Notes: generated by a model from the sequence alone, not told the origin. DNA of 64,000 bases from Patescibacteria group bacterium (GCA_038065055.1 JBBTRT010000004.1:13677-77676), one strand, 5' to 3'. Shown: positions 49,681 to 58,620, counted from the first letter of the stretch. Program-made: numbers and translations.

Positions 49681-50481
49681 ATGCGCAAGTATTGGCAAAT
49701 TTTTAAAATTAGTTGGCAAAACACCCTGATTTATCGCTTCAATTTTTTTATGTGGCAGGTGCGCACGGTTTTGTCATTTTTAACGATTTACTTCTTTTGG
49801 TTTGCTGTTTTTACCCAGTATAACCAGATTGGGACTTACACTCGGACTACCATGTTTGCGTATCTCTTGGTGGCCGCCTTCCTCCGCAATTTAGTTTTAT
49901 GGAGCGATAGTTACCATGCCTGTGTGGAGATTGCCAATGGTGACCTAAATAATTACTTGCTTAAACCCTTAAGTTATTTTGGTAATTGGTTAGCCCGTGA
50001 TTGGGCGGATAAAATTCTCAATCTGCTTTTTTTCGTTCCCGAACTGGCTTTATTAATTATTATCTTTAGAATTCCTTTAGTTTTTCCTACCTCTCTTTGG
50101 GTTTGGGCTTGGTTTATTGTCCTCGCCATTTTAGGGTCTTTACTGTATTTCTTATTTAGTTTTTTGGTCAGCAGTTTTTCTTTTTGGTATCCCGAACACG
50201 ATGGCTGGCCGCTTAGGTTTTTTATGCTGATGTTTCTGGATTTTCTTTCCGGAGCCGCTTTTCCCCTGGACATTTTTCCTCAGCCAGTGACCACCCTTTT
50301 TAAATTCCTGCCCACATCTTATTTTATTTATTTTCCTACCCAAGTCTATTTAGGCCGGCTGTCATTTAGCGATCAATTAAGCGGTTTAGTCATTATGCTC
50401 TTTTGGCTACTGGTATTTTTCTACTTAGTTAAAATTGTTTGGCACAAAGGGTTACAAATTTACGGGGCTTACGGCCGCTAA
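49681..50481 (+). CDS. ABC-2 permease (subunit type 1), second copy
   Basis: Start ATG 49681; GDLNNYLLKP, SGAAFPLDIFP, YGAYGR. Confidence 0.85.
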   Translation: MRKYWQIFKISWQNTLIYRFNFFMWQVRTVLSFLTIYFFWFAVFTQYNQIGTYTRTTMFAYLLVAAFLRNLVLWSDSYHACVEIANGDLNNYLLKPLSYFGNWLARDWADKILNLLFFVPELALLIIIFRIPLVFPTSLWVWAWFIVLAILGSLLYFLFSFLVSSFSFWYPEHDGWPLRFFMLMFLDFLSGAAFPLDIFPQPVTTLFKFLPTSYFIYFPTQVYLGRLSFSDQLSGLVIMLFWLLVFFYLVKIVWHKGLQIYGAYGR

Positions 50482-50484
50482 CTT

Positions 50485-51264
50485 ATGTCGTTAAAAAAAT
50501 ACTGGCGTTGCTGGTTAACCATGGGGGCAATGACTTTTAGCTCCTTAATGTCCACCCGCCTGGCCTCATTGTTGTTTATTTCCGGCAAAATTGCCCGGAT
50601 CTTTTTATTTATTTTGTTATTGCTGGCCCTTAAAACTAAAATTACCCTGTTGTCCGGTTACACCCTAGATCAATTATTAATTTTTTATTTGATTTACACT
50701 TTGTTTGATTTGCTCGGCCAAATCTTTTTTCGGGGGATTTACTGGTACAGGAGCGATCTTTTATCCGGCAATTTTGATTTCACTTTAACCAAACCCTTAA
50801 GTCCTTTATTCCAGGTTTTAGTTAATCACACTGATTGGTTAGATATTCCGCCCTTAATTTTAACCGTAATTTTTTTAATTTATAAATTGCCGTCAGTCAG
50901 CGTTTCGACTTTGCTTGGTTTTATTTTTTTAAGCTTTCTAGCCATGATACTTATTACTGCCGTTCATATTTTTGTGGCCGCCATCGGTGTTTTAACTCTG
51001 GAAGTTGATCATACTATCTGGATTTTTCGGGATTTATCCCAGATGGCCCGTTTTCCGGTTGATATTTATACTCAGGGTGTCCAATTTTTCTTAACTTATA
51101 TTATTCCCATTGCCTTTATTTTTACTTTTCCTGCTAAAATTCTTTTAGGTTTATTATCCGGACGGTTAATTTTAATAACCGTTTTGGTTACAGTTGCGTT
51201 TTACTGGCTGGTTATCAAATTTTGGCAATATGCCCTTAAAACTTATGCGTCGGCTTCCAGTTAA
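50485..51264 (+). CDS. ABC-2 permease (subunit type 2), second copy
   Basis: GNFDFTLTKP, RFPVDIY, YASASS. Confidence 0.85.
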   Translation: MSLKKYWRCWLTMGAMTFSSLMSTRLASLLFISGKIARIFLFILLLLALKTKITLLSGYTLDQLLIFYLIYTLFDLLGQIFFRGIYWYRSDLLSGNFDFTLTKPLSPLFQVLVNHTDWLDIPPLILTVIFLIYKLPSVSVSTLLGFIFLSFLAMILITAVHIFVAAIGVLTLEVDHTIWIFRDLSQMARFPVDIYTQGVQFFLTYIIPIAFIFTFPAKILLGLLSGRLILITVLVTVAFYWLVIKFWQYALKTYASASS

Positions 51265-52876
51265 AAATATTCTCATCATTTGCGGCCTGGTTTTATTGGG
51301 CTTGGTGATTTTAAGAAGCTTTCTTCGCGTCGGCTTCCCCCAAACTCACGACGGTGATATGCACCTCGCCCGTCTGGCCAACTTAAATCTGGCCTTTCAC
51401 GACCACCACTTTCCTTTCCGCTGGGCCCGGAACTTAAATCACGAATTTGGCATGCCGATTTTCAATTTTTACTACTATTTATTGGAATTACTCGCCTTTA
51501 TCCCCATGAAGCTGGGTTTTAGTATCGAACACAGTTTAAAACTCGTCACGGTTTTAAGTTACTTGGGGGCAGCCATTGTTTGGTTTATCTTTTTACTGCC
51601 GAAGTTTGGCCGTTTGGCGGCCACAGCGGCGGCAATTTTTTCTTTAACCGCGATTTACCCCTTAGCGGTCATTATGATCCGGGGCAGTTTGGGCGAGGTT
51701 TTAGCTTACAGCTTATTGGTTTTAAATTTTTATTTATTGGATTTATTTATTTCCCGTCCCAGCCGCTGTCGCTATTTGTTGGCGGTGGGGGGACTAGTGT
51801 TGTTTTTACTCTCCCACAACATTACGGTAATTTTTGGCTTGCCCATCTTGGCGCTTTTTTGCGCGGTTCTGCTTTGGCAAAAACCATTTAGCCTCTGGTT
51901 AAAAGTGGCAGCAGTCTTTATTAATAGTATCGGCCTGACTTTATTTTTCTGGCTACCGGTTTTACTGGAGCGCTCGTTTACTTATTTCGATTCAATTTCT
52001 ACCGGCAAGGAATTATTTAAACATTTCCCTACCCTTGGCCAACTAATTTATATGAAATGGGATTTTGGGACGTCTTTGCCTGGTCCCAACGACACCATGA
52101 GTTTTACTTTAGGCCCAGTCCACTGGCTGATAATTTTATTGGCTTTTTTGGTTAAAAAGCGGGGATTTTTTCACTGGGGGTTTCTGGTTTTTGTTTTTTT
52201 GGCTTTGCCGGTTTCCGCTTGGTTTTGGCGCTTGTTTCCGATGCTTAACTTTGTCCAATTTCCCTGGCGGCTGGTATTATTTTTAACTTTATTTGGTAGT
52301 TTTTTAGCCGCAGTTGCCGCCAAATTTTATCCCAAATTAACTTCGGTTTTACTGGTTGCTGCCGCAGTTTTTACCCTTAGCACCGTCTATGACCAGTGGC
52401 ATTTTAACTGGCCCGATGCTTTTTATTTTCACTATCCCTTTACCACCACTACTCAGCTGGAAGCCATGCCTAAATGGTTTGACGCCACCGGTAATGCCAA
52501 GTTTTACGGCGTGCCGGATAAAGTATTTTCTTTAACCGGCCAAACTGTAGGCATCAATAATTCCAATTGGCAAACCCAAAAACATACTTATCAAATTGAG
52601 GTGAAAGAAGCCGATCAATTATTCGAGCGCACCAGTTATTTCCCCGGTTGGGCTATTACAGTTGATGGCCAGCCCCGGGATATTATTTATGAAAATAAGC
52701 AATTTCCCGGCCTGATCGGGTTTAGTGTTTCTGCCGGCACCCACCAAATTGTGACGACTTTTTCCGACTCCACCCCGGCGCGTTATTGGGGCGACAAACT
52801 TTCGCTTTTAAGTTTGGGCATATTAATAATTACAATTATTTTTTATGAAAGAAAAAAAATTAACCATAAAAATTAA
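51245..52876 (+). CDS. Polytopic membrane protein, YfhO/6-pyruvoyl-tetrahydropterin-synthase-related GT-C glycosyltransferase-like
   Basis: THDGDMHLAR, PIFNFY, FFWLP, QFPWR, YFPGW. Confidence 0.75.
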   Translation: MRRLPVKNILIICGLVLLGLVILRSFLRVGFPQTHDGDMHLARLANLNLAFHDHHFPFRWARNLNHEFGMPIFNFYYYLLELLAFIPMKLGFSIEHSLKLVTVLSYLGAAIVWFIFLLPKFGRLAATAAAIFSLTAIYPLAVIMIRGSLGEVLAYSLLVLNFYLLDLFISRPSRCRYLLAVGGLVLFLLSHNITVIFGLPILALFCAVLLWQKPFSLWLKVAAVFINSIGLTLFFWLPVLLERSFTYFDSISTGKELFKHFPTLGQLIYMKWDFGTSLPGPNDTMSFTLGPVHWLIILLAFLVKKRGFFHWGFLVFVFLALPVSAWFWRLFPMLNFVQFPWRLVLFLTLFGSFLAAVAAKFYPKLTSVLLVAAAVFTLSTVYDQWHFNWPDAFYFHYPFTTTTQLEAMPKWFDATGNAKFYGVPDKVFSLTGQTVGINNSNWQTQKHTYQIEVKEADQLFERTSYFPGWAITVDGQPRDIIYENKQFPGLIGFSVSAGTHQIVTTFSDSTPARYWGDKLSLLSLGILIITIIFYERKKINHKN

Positions 52877-53240
52877 CCGTTCAACCGTCGCAGTTTTTGA
52901 GTTTTGTTTAAATCCCAAAAATACTCCGCTGTGGGCTGACTCGATTGTCAAGGAAGAAGCCAATGAACAGCCGACAAAACTTGGCACAATTTATCGGAAC
53001 GTTAATCGTAATGGTCAATGGTCGGAATATGCTGTTGTTGCCTACGATAAAGATAAAATGTTTGAGCTTAAATTAAATGACAATAATTATCATGTTCGCT
53101 ATACACTAATTCCAGTTGGGGAGAACGAATGCAAATTAGAATATTATGAATGGGTGGAAACAGATGATCTTGCCGTTCCTTTCACCAAGGATATTTTAAA
53201 CAAACTTAAAACCGTCATTGAAAACACTAAGTTAATTTAA
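52845..53240 (+). CDS. SRPBCC/polyketide cyclase-like protein
   Basis: IKINRS..VFEF..NPKNTPLW, LNKLKTVIE. Confidence 0.65.
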   Translation: MKEKKLTIKINRSTVAVFEFCLNPKNTPLWADSIVKEEANEQPTKLGTIYRNVNRNGQWSEYAVVAYDKDKMFELKLNDNNYHVRYTLIPVGENECKLEYYEWVETDDLAVPFTKDILNKLKTVIENTKLI

Positions 53241-53252
53241 ATTATCTTAGTA
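53225..53252 (+). other. dif-like 11-6-11 palindromic site, copy 1
   Basis: CACTAAGTTAA TTTAAA TTATCTTAGTA. Confidence 0.5.
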
Positions 53253-53280
53253 TCACACTCCCGGTGTGTGATAGAGTAAA
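53251..53280 (+). repeat. REP-like hairpin family B
   Basis: TATCACAC-TCCCGGT-GTGTGATA + GAGTAAA. Confidence 0.7.
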
Positions 53281-53283
53281 TTT

Positions 53284-53724
53284 ATGAAAATAATGATTTT
53301 TTTACACGGTACGGCGACCAAACCGGCAAAACTTGATTTGCTCGGTCAGAATTTTAGAAAATATGAACCAACGGGTAATGCCGTGGCTAAAATTCAAGCC
53401 TGGGTTGATCAAGGCGCGCAAATTTGTTATTTAACTTCGCACCAAAATTCCAAAATGATTCCGGTCGACCAAGCGGTGTTGGATAAATTCGGTTTTCCCA
53501 AAGGTGAAATTTATTGGCGGCAAAACGGCGAAGCTTATAAAGACGTGGCCGAACGGATGACACCGGATATTTTAATCGAAGACGACTGCGAGTCGATCGG
53601 CGGCGAAGCGGAAATGACTTACCCGCATATTCGGGAAGACTTAAAGCCGAAAATTAAATCTATTGTGGTCAAAGAATTCCAGGGAATAGACCATTTACCT
53701 GATTCTCTGGAAGAATTAGAATAA
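53284..53724 (+). CDS. HAD-fold-like hypothetical protein, copy 1
   Basis: MIFLHGT (degenerate motif I), YLTS, LIEDD. Confidence 0.65.
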   Translation: MKIMIFLHGTATKPAKLDLLGQNFRKYEPTGNAVAKIQAWVDQGAQICYLTSHQNSKMIPVDQAVLDKFGFPKGEIYWRQNGEAYKDVAERMTPDILIEDDCESIGGEAEMTYPHIREDLKPKIKSIVVKEFQGIDHLPDSLEELE

Positions 53725-53728
53725 GTTA

Positions 53729-54547
53729 ATGGTTAAAAATAAACTGGCAGTTTTTGAAGGGATGAAAATCCGCAGACACTGGGACGATAAAAATGAAAAA
53801 TGGTGGTTTTCAGTGGTGGATGTAGTAGCGGTGCTGGGGGGAAGTGCCAGCCCCCGAAAATATTGGAATAAATTAGCTGAGCGTTTAAGAGCAGAGGGAA
53901 GTGAGTTGGTGACAAAATGTCACCAACTGAAAATGTTGGCTCCTGATGGCAAATATTATTTAACTGACACTGCTGATACGGAAACAATATTACGCTTAAT
54001 CCAGTCAATTCCGTCGCCTAAGGCCGAGCCGTTTAAGTTGTGGTTGGCGCGCGTGGGGTACGAGCGGATCGAAGAAGCCGAAGACCCGGAAAAAGCGATT
54101 CAGCGGGCAATGCAGTTTTACTTAAAGCGCGGCTATTCTAAAAACTGGATCAACCAAAGATTAAAGAGCATTGAAATTAGGAAGGATTTAACCGACGAGT
54201 GGGAAACTCGCGGTGTCAGCCAAGGCGACGAATTTGCGATTTTAACCGATGACATCACTTTTGCCTGGGCGGGGATGAAAACTAAGCATTACAAAAAACA
54301 CAAAGGCCTGAAAAAAGAAAATTTGCGGGACAACATGACCAATTTGGAGCTGGTTTTGAATATGTTGGCCGAAGTTTCCACTACGGAAATTTCTAAAAAA
54401 GTCCAGCCGGAAAATCTTATCCAAAATCGTCAGGTAGCCCGTGAAGGTGGCGGCATTGCCGGCACAGCCCGCCGGAAACTGGAGAAAAAGACCGGCAAAA
54501 AAGCCATTACCAGATTAAATGCCAAAGACTTAAAATTAATCAAATGA
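53729..54547 (+). CDS. Bro-N domain (phage antirepressor-like) protein
   Basis: IRRHWD, WWFSVVDVV, KYWNKL, RLIQSIPSPKAEPFKLWLA, NLRDNMT. Confidence 0.88.
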   Translation: MVKNKLAVFEGMKIRRHWDDKNEKWWFSVVDVVAVLGGSASPRKYWNKLAERLRAEGSELVTKCHQLKMLAPDGKYYLTDTADTETILRLIQSIPSPKAEPFKLWLARVGYERIEEAEDPEKAIQRAMQFYLKRGYSKNWINQRLKSIEIRKDLTDEWETRGVSQGDEFAILTDDITFAWAGMKTKHYKKHKGLKKENLRDNMTNLELVLNMLAEVSTTEISKKVQPENLIQNRQVAREGGGIAGTARRKLEKKTGKKAITRLNAKDLKLIK

Positions 54548-54894
54548 CTAAACAGTTTTTGAAAGACGCGTTCGGTTGGGGATTTTTGTTATGGTTAATC
54601 GGTTATGTTTTGGGAATGATGCTTTTTGCCGTGTTGCCGGTTAATTTGATTGGCTGGGTAATTATGCCGCTAGGTATGGCGATTACTTTATGGGTGCTGT
54701 TTAAAAAAATCAAGAGTGAACAATTTGATTATTTTATAAAACTGGGAGTGGTTTGGCTGCTGATCGCCATTCTTTTTGACTACTTCTTTTTAGTCAAAGC
54801 CTTCAAGGTCGTCGGTTACTACAAACCCTCGGTCTATTTGTATTACGCCCTAACTTTTATATTACCTCTTTTGGTTGGTTGGAAGAAAAAATAA
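54544..54894 (+). CDS. Small 4-TM membrane protein
   Basis: Four hydrophobic segments; ATGA coupling. Confidence 0.75.
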   Translation: MTKQFLKDAFGWGFLLWLIGYVLGMMLFAVLPVNLIGWVIMPLGMAITLWVLFKKIKSEQFDYFIKLGVVWLLIAILFDYFFLVKAFKVVGYYKPSVYLYYALTFILPLLVGWKKK

Positions 54895-54972
54895 TTCTAC
54901 GTTTTTCATACGCTCGAGCGTTGCCAAAACATAGGTTTTAACCCGGGGTAAAAATTAGAGTAAAATAAGATA

Positions 54973-55392
54973 ATGGCGGGAAACATCGAAGCGTCAATCA
55001 ATAGTATTGTGGACTTGGGCGACGCCAATGAATGGATACTCTTTGACACTAAAATGCTGGGTGTTTGTGACAATCTGGCTTATGTTGATTGGGCGACAAC
55101 CTCTGGTTTGGCTGATACGCGTTTAAATGCCCGGGATTTAGCCGTATCAATTTTTGAAAATACGACCATTCAACCGATTTTAACCGAGAAGCAGGAAAAA
55201 GACCTGTACCATATTTTAGATGAAGACGAGAATCTTCATTTGCGCCGCAAAGCCGCGTTTGCTTTATGTAAATTCGGCAAGCGAACCCCAAAAGTAATTG
55301 ATCAGATTAAAGAGGCGGCTGATAAAGATGACGAGTTAAGATATACTGCCCGAAAATTTTTAGATCAACTTAGTACAGACGGCTATACTTAG
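54973..55392 (+). CDS. Hypothetical protein (HEAT-like helical repeats)
   Basis: RDLAVSIF, LRRKAAFAL, LRYTARKFL; own -10 box. Confidence 0.6.
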   Translation: MAGNIEASINSIVDLGDANEWILFDTKMLGVCDNLAYVDWATTSGLADTRLNARDLAVSIFENTTIQPILTEKQEKDLYHILDEDENLHLRRKAAFALCKFGKRTPKVIDQIKEAADKDDELRYTARKFLDQLSTDGYT

Positions 55393-55395
55393 TAA

Positions 55396-55423
55396 ATTAC
55401 ACCTCTAAGGTGTGATAGAGTAA
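55396..55423 (+). repeat. REP-like hairpin family B
   Basis: ATTACACC-TCTAA-GGTGTGAT + AGAGTAA. Confidence 0.65.
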
Positions 55424-55430
55424 GTGAAAC

Positions 55431-55458
55431 CACTAAGTTAATTTAAATTATTTTAGTA
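55431..55458 (+). other. dif-like 11-6-11 palindromic site, copy 2
   Basis: CACTAAGTTAA TTTAAA TTATTTTAGTA (27/28 identical to copy 1). Confidence 0.5.
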
Positions 55459-55534
55459 ATGAAACATAACACTTTTTTATACGATCGTATACTTATTCGT
55501 TATGTTGATGAATTAACTATTCCTAAATTAAATT

Positions 55535-55563
55535 AGTTGTCCGAGAAAATCGGACAACTGAAA
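55535..55563. repeat. Free-standing palindrome related to the Bro-N internal palindrome
   Basis: AGTTGTCCGA-GAAAA-TCGGACAACT-GAAA. Confidence 0.7.
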
Positions 55564-55589
55564 TTTTCTAAAGTGCTAAAATTAATCAA

Positions 55590-56033
55590 ATGAAAATAAT
55601 GGTGTTTTTGCACGGGACAGCAACGAAGCCGGCTAAGTGGGATTTAACCGGCCAGATTTTTAATAAATACGAACCAACCGGTAATAGCGTCGCTAAAATA
55701 AAAGCTTGGGTGGATCAAGGTACCAAGATTTGTTATTTAACTTCACACCAAAATCCGAAAATGATTCCGGTGGACCAAAAAGTTATGGACAAATACGGTT
55801 TTCCCAAAGGAGAGATTTATTATCGTCAAGCAGGTGAGAAATACAAAGATGTGGCGGAGCGGGTGAGGCCGGATGTTTTGATCGAGGATGATTGTGAATC
55901 CATCGGCGGCGAGGCCGAAATGGCCTATCCGCATATCCGTGAAGATTTAAAGTCGAAAATTAAATCTATTGTGGTTAAAGAATTTCAGGGAATAGACCAT
56001 TTACCTGATTCATTGACAGAATTGTCATCCTAA
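55590..56033 (+). CDS. HAD-fold-like hypothetical protein, copy 2
   Basis: 23 differences over 146 aligned aa vs copy 1 (my count). Confidence 0.7.
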   Translation: MKIMVFLHGTATKPAKWDLTGQIFNKYEPTGNSVAKIKAWVDQGTKICYLTSHQNPKMIPVDQKVMDKYGFPKGEIYYRQAGEKYKDVAERVRPDVLIEDDCESIGGEAEMAYPHIREDLKSKIKSIVVKEFQGIDHLPDSLTELSS

Positions 56034-56051
56034 TCTTCATAAAATCTTCAT
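56032..56051 (+). promoter_or_regulatory. OmpR-type tandem box upstream of the metal/redox operon
   Basis: AATCTTCAT twice with 11-bp period. Confidence 0.5.
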
Positions 56052-56087
56052 GAACCAGGTTGTAAGCTATCGGTGGAGTAATTCACT

Positions 56088-56588
56088 ATGTCACCCAAAG
56101 CGATTATTATCAGTTTATTGGTTATTATCAGTTTTGTGGTTGGCATAGCTTTTATTCTGACTGCGGGGCAAAAAACTTCATCACCGCCAGCCACTTTTTC
56201 CAGCCAGGATGTTGATAGGCCCCAAGCCGAAATCGGTCAGGCATTATTTGACTTGGGCGAGATCAAAGTCTCTGACGTCAAACAACAGGATTTTACTCTG
56301 AAAAATATTGGCAGCCGGCCCTTGCAAATTCTTAACGTTAATTCCAGTTGCGGTTGTACTGCCGGCCAGATTATTTATCAGGGTGTAACTAGCAAAGAAT
56401 ATAGTATGCACGCCCAGGGCAGTGGCTATGTCACTGAAATCGCTCCGGGAGATGAAGCTACAGTAAGGTTGATTTACCGTCCGGCAATTATGCCGGTCTA
56501 TGGCGCTGTCGAACGCGAAGTTTATATTTCTACCAATGACCCAATCAAGCCCAAATTAGTTTTTAGCATTAAAGCCGTGGTTAAATAG
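56088..56588 (+). CDS. DUF1573 Ig-like protein
   Basis: FDLGEI, LKNIG..PLQI, SSCGCT, STNDP. Confidence 0.85.
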   Translation: MSPKAIIISLLVIISFVVGIAFILTAGQKTSSPPATFSSQDVDRPQAEIGQALFDLGEIKVSDVKQQDFTLKNIGSRPLQILNVNSSCGCTAGQIIYQGVTSKEYSMHAQGSGYVTEIAPGDEATVRLIYRPAIMPVYGAVEREVYISTNDPIKPKLVFSIKAVVK

Positions 56589-56589
56589 C

Positions 56590-57414
56590 ATGAACTTAAA
56601 TTTCTTATTCGGCGTGTCTTTAACCGCTTCTTTTTTAGCCGGCGTTCTCGCTTTATTTGCCCCCTGTTGTATTACTTTTCTTTTTCCCTCGTACCTCGGA
56701 ACTATTTTTAAGGCCAAGAGAAAAGTCATGGCCTATACCCTAATTTTTGCTTTGGGTTTGGCTTTTGTTCTGGTGCCGATTAGCTTGGGCTTTCGCGCCG
56801 TGGTCTTTTTTCTGGATACCTACCATCTTCAGGTTTATTATCTTGGGGCCTTGATCATGATTTTGATGGGAGTGATGACCCTAAAACCGATTTTCCACTT
56901 GCCGCAATATTTCCATGTTCGGATTCAGCCGGGCCAACCAATTAACGCCGCCAGCGTTTTTGCTTTGGGTTTAATGTCCGGCCTGACTTCTGCCTGCTGC
57001 GCCCCGGTTTTGTTTGCCGCCGTTACCTTAACCTCGCTTTCACCGACATTATTGCAGGCTTTAATTGTATCTTTGGCTTATGTCTTAGGCATAGTGATGC
57101 CGTTATTTATCATGTCTTACGTTTATACCCGGGCGACTGTCTCAATTTCCGGCCCCAAGCGCCAAAAACTTTATCAAATTCTGAAATATCTCGGCGCCGG
57201 TATTTTTTTTCTGACCGGAATTTTAATCGCCGTCTTTAATTTTCAGGGTAAAATTCAAATGAACCAAATGGAACCGTACAGCCAGAAAATCAGATTATTA
57301 GTTTTTGAGATCGCCAAATATTTTCAAAATCCGCTGCTGGATCTGCTTGTTTTCAGCATCATCATTTTTATTTTTTATAAATTATTAAGGTATAAAATCA
57401 ATGTTGAAAAATAA
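56590..57414 (+). CDS. CcdA/DsbD-family transmembrane thiol-redox protein
   Basis: LFAPCC, SACCAPV, YVLG. Confidence 0.85.
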   Translation: MNLNFLFGVSLTASFLAGVLALFAPCCITFLFPSYLGTIFKAKRKVMAYTLIFALGLAFVLVPISLGFRAVVFFLDTYHLQVYYLGALIMILMGVMTLKPIFHLPQYFHVRIQPGQPINAASVFALGLMSGLTSACCAPVLFAAVTLTSLSPTLLQALIVSLAYVLGIVMPLFIMSYVYTRATVSISGPKRQKLYQILKYLGAGIFFLTGILIAVFNFQGKIQMNQMEPYSQKIRLLVFEIAKYFQNPLLDLLVFSIIIFIFYKLLRYKINVEK

Positions 57415-58315
57415 ACTTTTTCCGGTTTTAATTCTTAGCGCCTTTGTCAATTTACTTTTGCTGGTTTTTTTAATTATTCCCAAAATTTCTCCGCGGCCGG
57501 CTCCGGTAGCAACCCCTGACTTTTCGGCCGGTCAGGCAAATTTATTCAATGAAATAAATCCGGAATCTGGTTATGAAATTTCTGCTCAATTTGGCGATCT
57601 GGGCCCGAAAATGATTTCTTTAGGCGTAATCGATCCGGAAAAATTCAAGAACGCCTATCAAAAATCCAATCAGCCGTTAACCCCGGAACAGGAAATCATT
57701 TTATTCACCGGTTCGGACCAAAAGATCACTATTACCCGGGACAATGCCTACTTTTTATTAAATTTTTTCTGGGCGGCCGGTTTGGCTAACCACTCCGATA
57801 TTTTAGATAATGGCCAAATAATGCAGTACGGCGGCAAAAAAGAAGCCGGTAAATTTGCCTCAACCGGCGGCTGGACTTTGGCCAAAGGCGAGCCAATGAA
57901 TTATTACTCCAAATCAGTTTTAATTCCCTTAACCCGGGAACAGGCGGAACTGGTTGATTCGGTCGCCGCTAATATTTTCCGTCCCTGCTGTAATAACTCG
58001 ACCGCTTTTCCCGACTGCAACCACGGCATGGCGCTTTTAGGCGTTCTCCAGCTCATGGCTTCAAGCGGGGCCGGTGAACCGGAAATGTATGAAGCAGGTA
58101 AATATTTCAACGCCTTTTGGTTCCCCGGCAATTACTATGATTTGGCTTTATATTTTAAAAATAAAGACGGGTTATCCTTCAAAGACGTTGATCCTAAAAT
58201 CTTATTAAGCCGCGATTATTCCTCGGCCTCCGGTTGGCAAAATGCCAAGCAATGGTTGGCTGAAAAAGGTTTAATTCAACCACCGCCCAAGCAGGGCGGC
58301 GGCTGCGGGGTGTAA
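57401..58315 (+). CDS. Membrane-anchored Cys-rich hypothetical protein
   Basis: RPCCNNSTAFPDCNHGMA; C-terminal GGGCGV. Confidence 0.75.
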   Translation: MLKNKLFPVLILSAFVNLLLLVFLIIPKISPRPAPVATPDFSAGQANLFNEINPESGYEISAQFGDLGPKMISLGVIDPEKFKNAYQKSNQPLTPEQEIILFTGSDQKITITRDNAYFLLNFFWAAGLANHSDILDNGQIMQYGGKKEAGKFASTGGWTLAKGEPMNYYSKSVLIPLTREQAELVDSVAANIFRPCCNNSTAFPDCNHGMALLGVLQLMASSGAGEPEMYEAGKYFNAFWFPGNYYDLALYFKNKDGLSFKDVDPKILLSRDYSSASGWQNAKQWLAEKGLIQPPPKQGGGCGV

Positions 58316-58353
58316 GATAAAATTAACTTGGTCTTTAAAGGGGGTGATAAATT

Positions 58354-58620
58354 GTGAAACATAATCCAATTGCCTTAGCCAATGCTTTAGGTGTGGTTAC
58401 AGCCGGAATCTATATTGCCTGCCGGGTCTTGGTTGGCCTATTTCCCGGTATGATGTTTTCCGTCGCTCAATCATGGCTTCATGGTGTTGAACTTACCCAG
58501 CTTAATTCCTGGAATTTATCTCTGGGAGCATTTTTCGTCGGTTTAGCCTCATCCGCAGTTTTTGCCTGGCTTATTGGTTATTTTATTGCCGTAGCGTACA
58601 ATTACTTCGACAAAAAATAA
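58354..58620 (+). CDS. DUF5676-like 2-TM membrane protein
   Basis: GTG start with SD AAGGGGGTGA; YIAC, WLHG, YNYF. Confidence 0.65.
   Translation: MKHNPIALANALGVVTAGIYIACRVLVGLFPGMMFSVAQSWLHGVELTQLNSWNLSLGAFFVGLASSAVFAWLIGYFIAVAYNYFDKK

Noticed and set aside
53729-54547. Prophage implied by antirepressor-like gene
   Set aside because: No integrase, terminase, capsid or replication genes nearby
55459-55536. 25-codon ORF MKHNTFLYDRILIRYVDELTIPKLN
   Set aside because: Too short, no recognisable motif; may be a remnant but cannot be supported
52845-56033. Classical integron cassette array
   Set aside because: No intI, and the hairpins lack recognisable RYYYAAC/GTTRRRY attC ends
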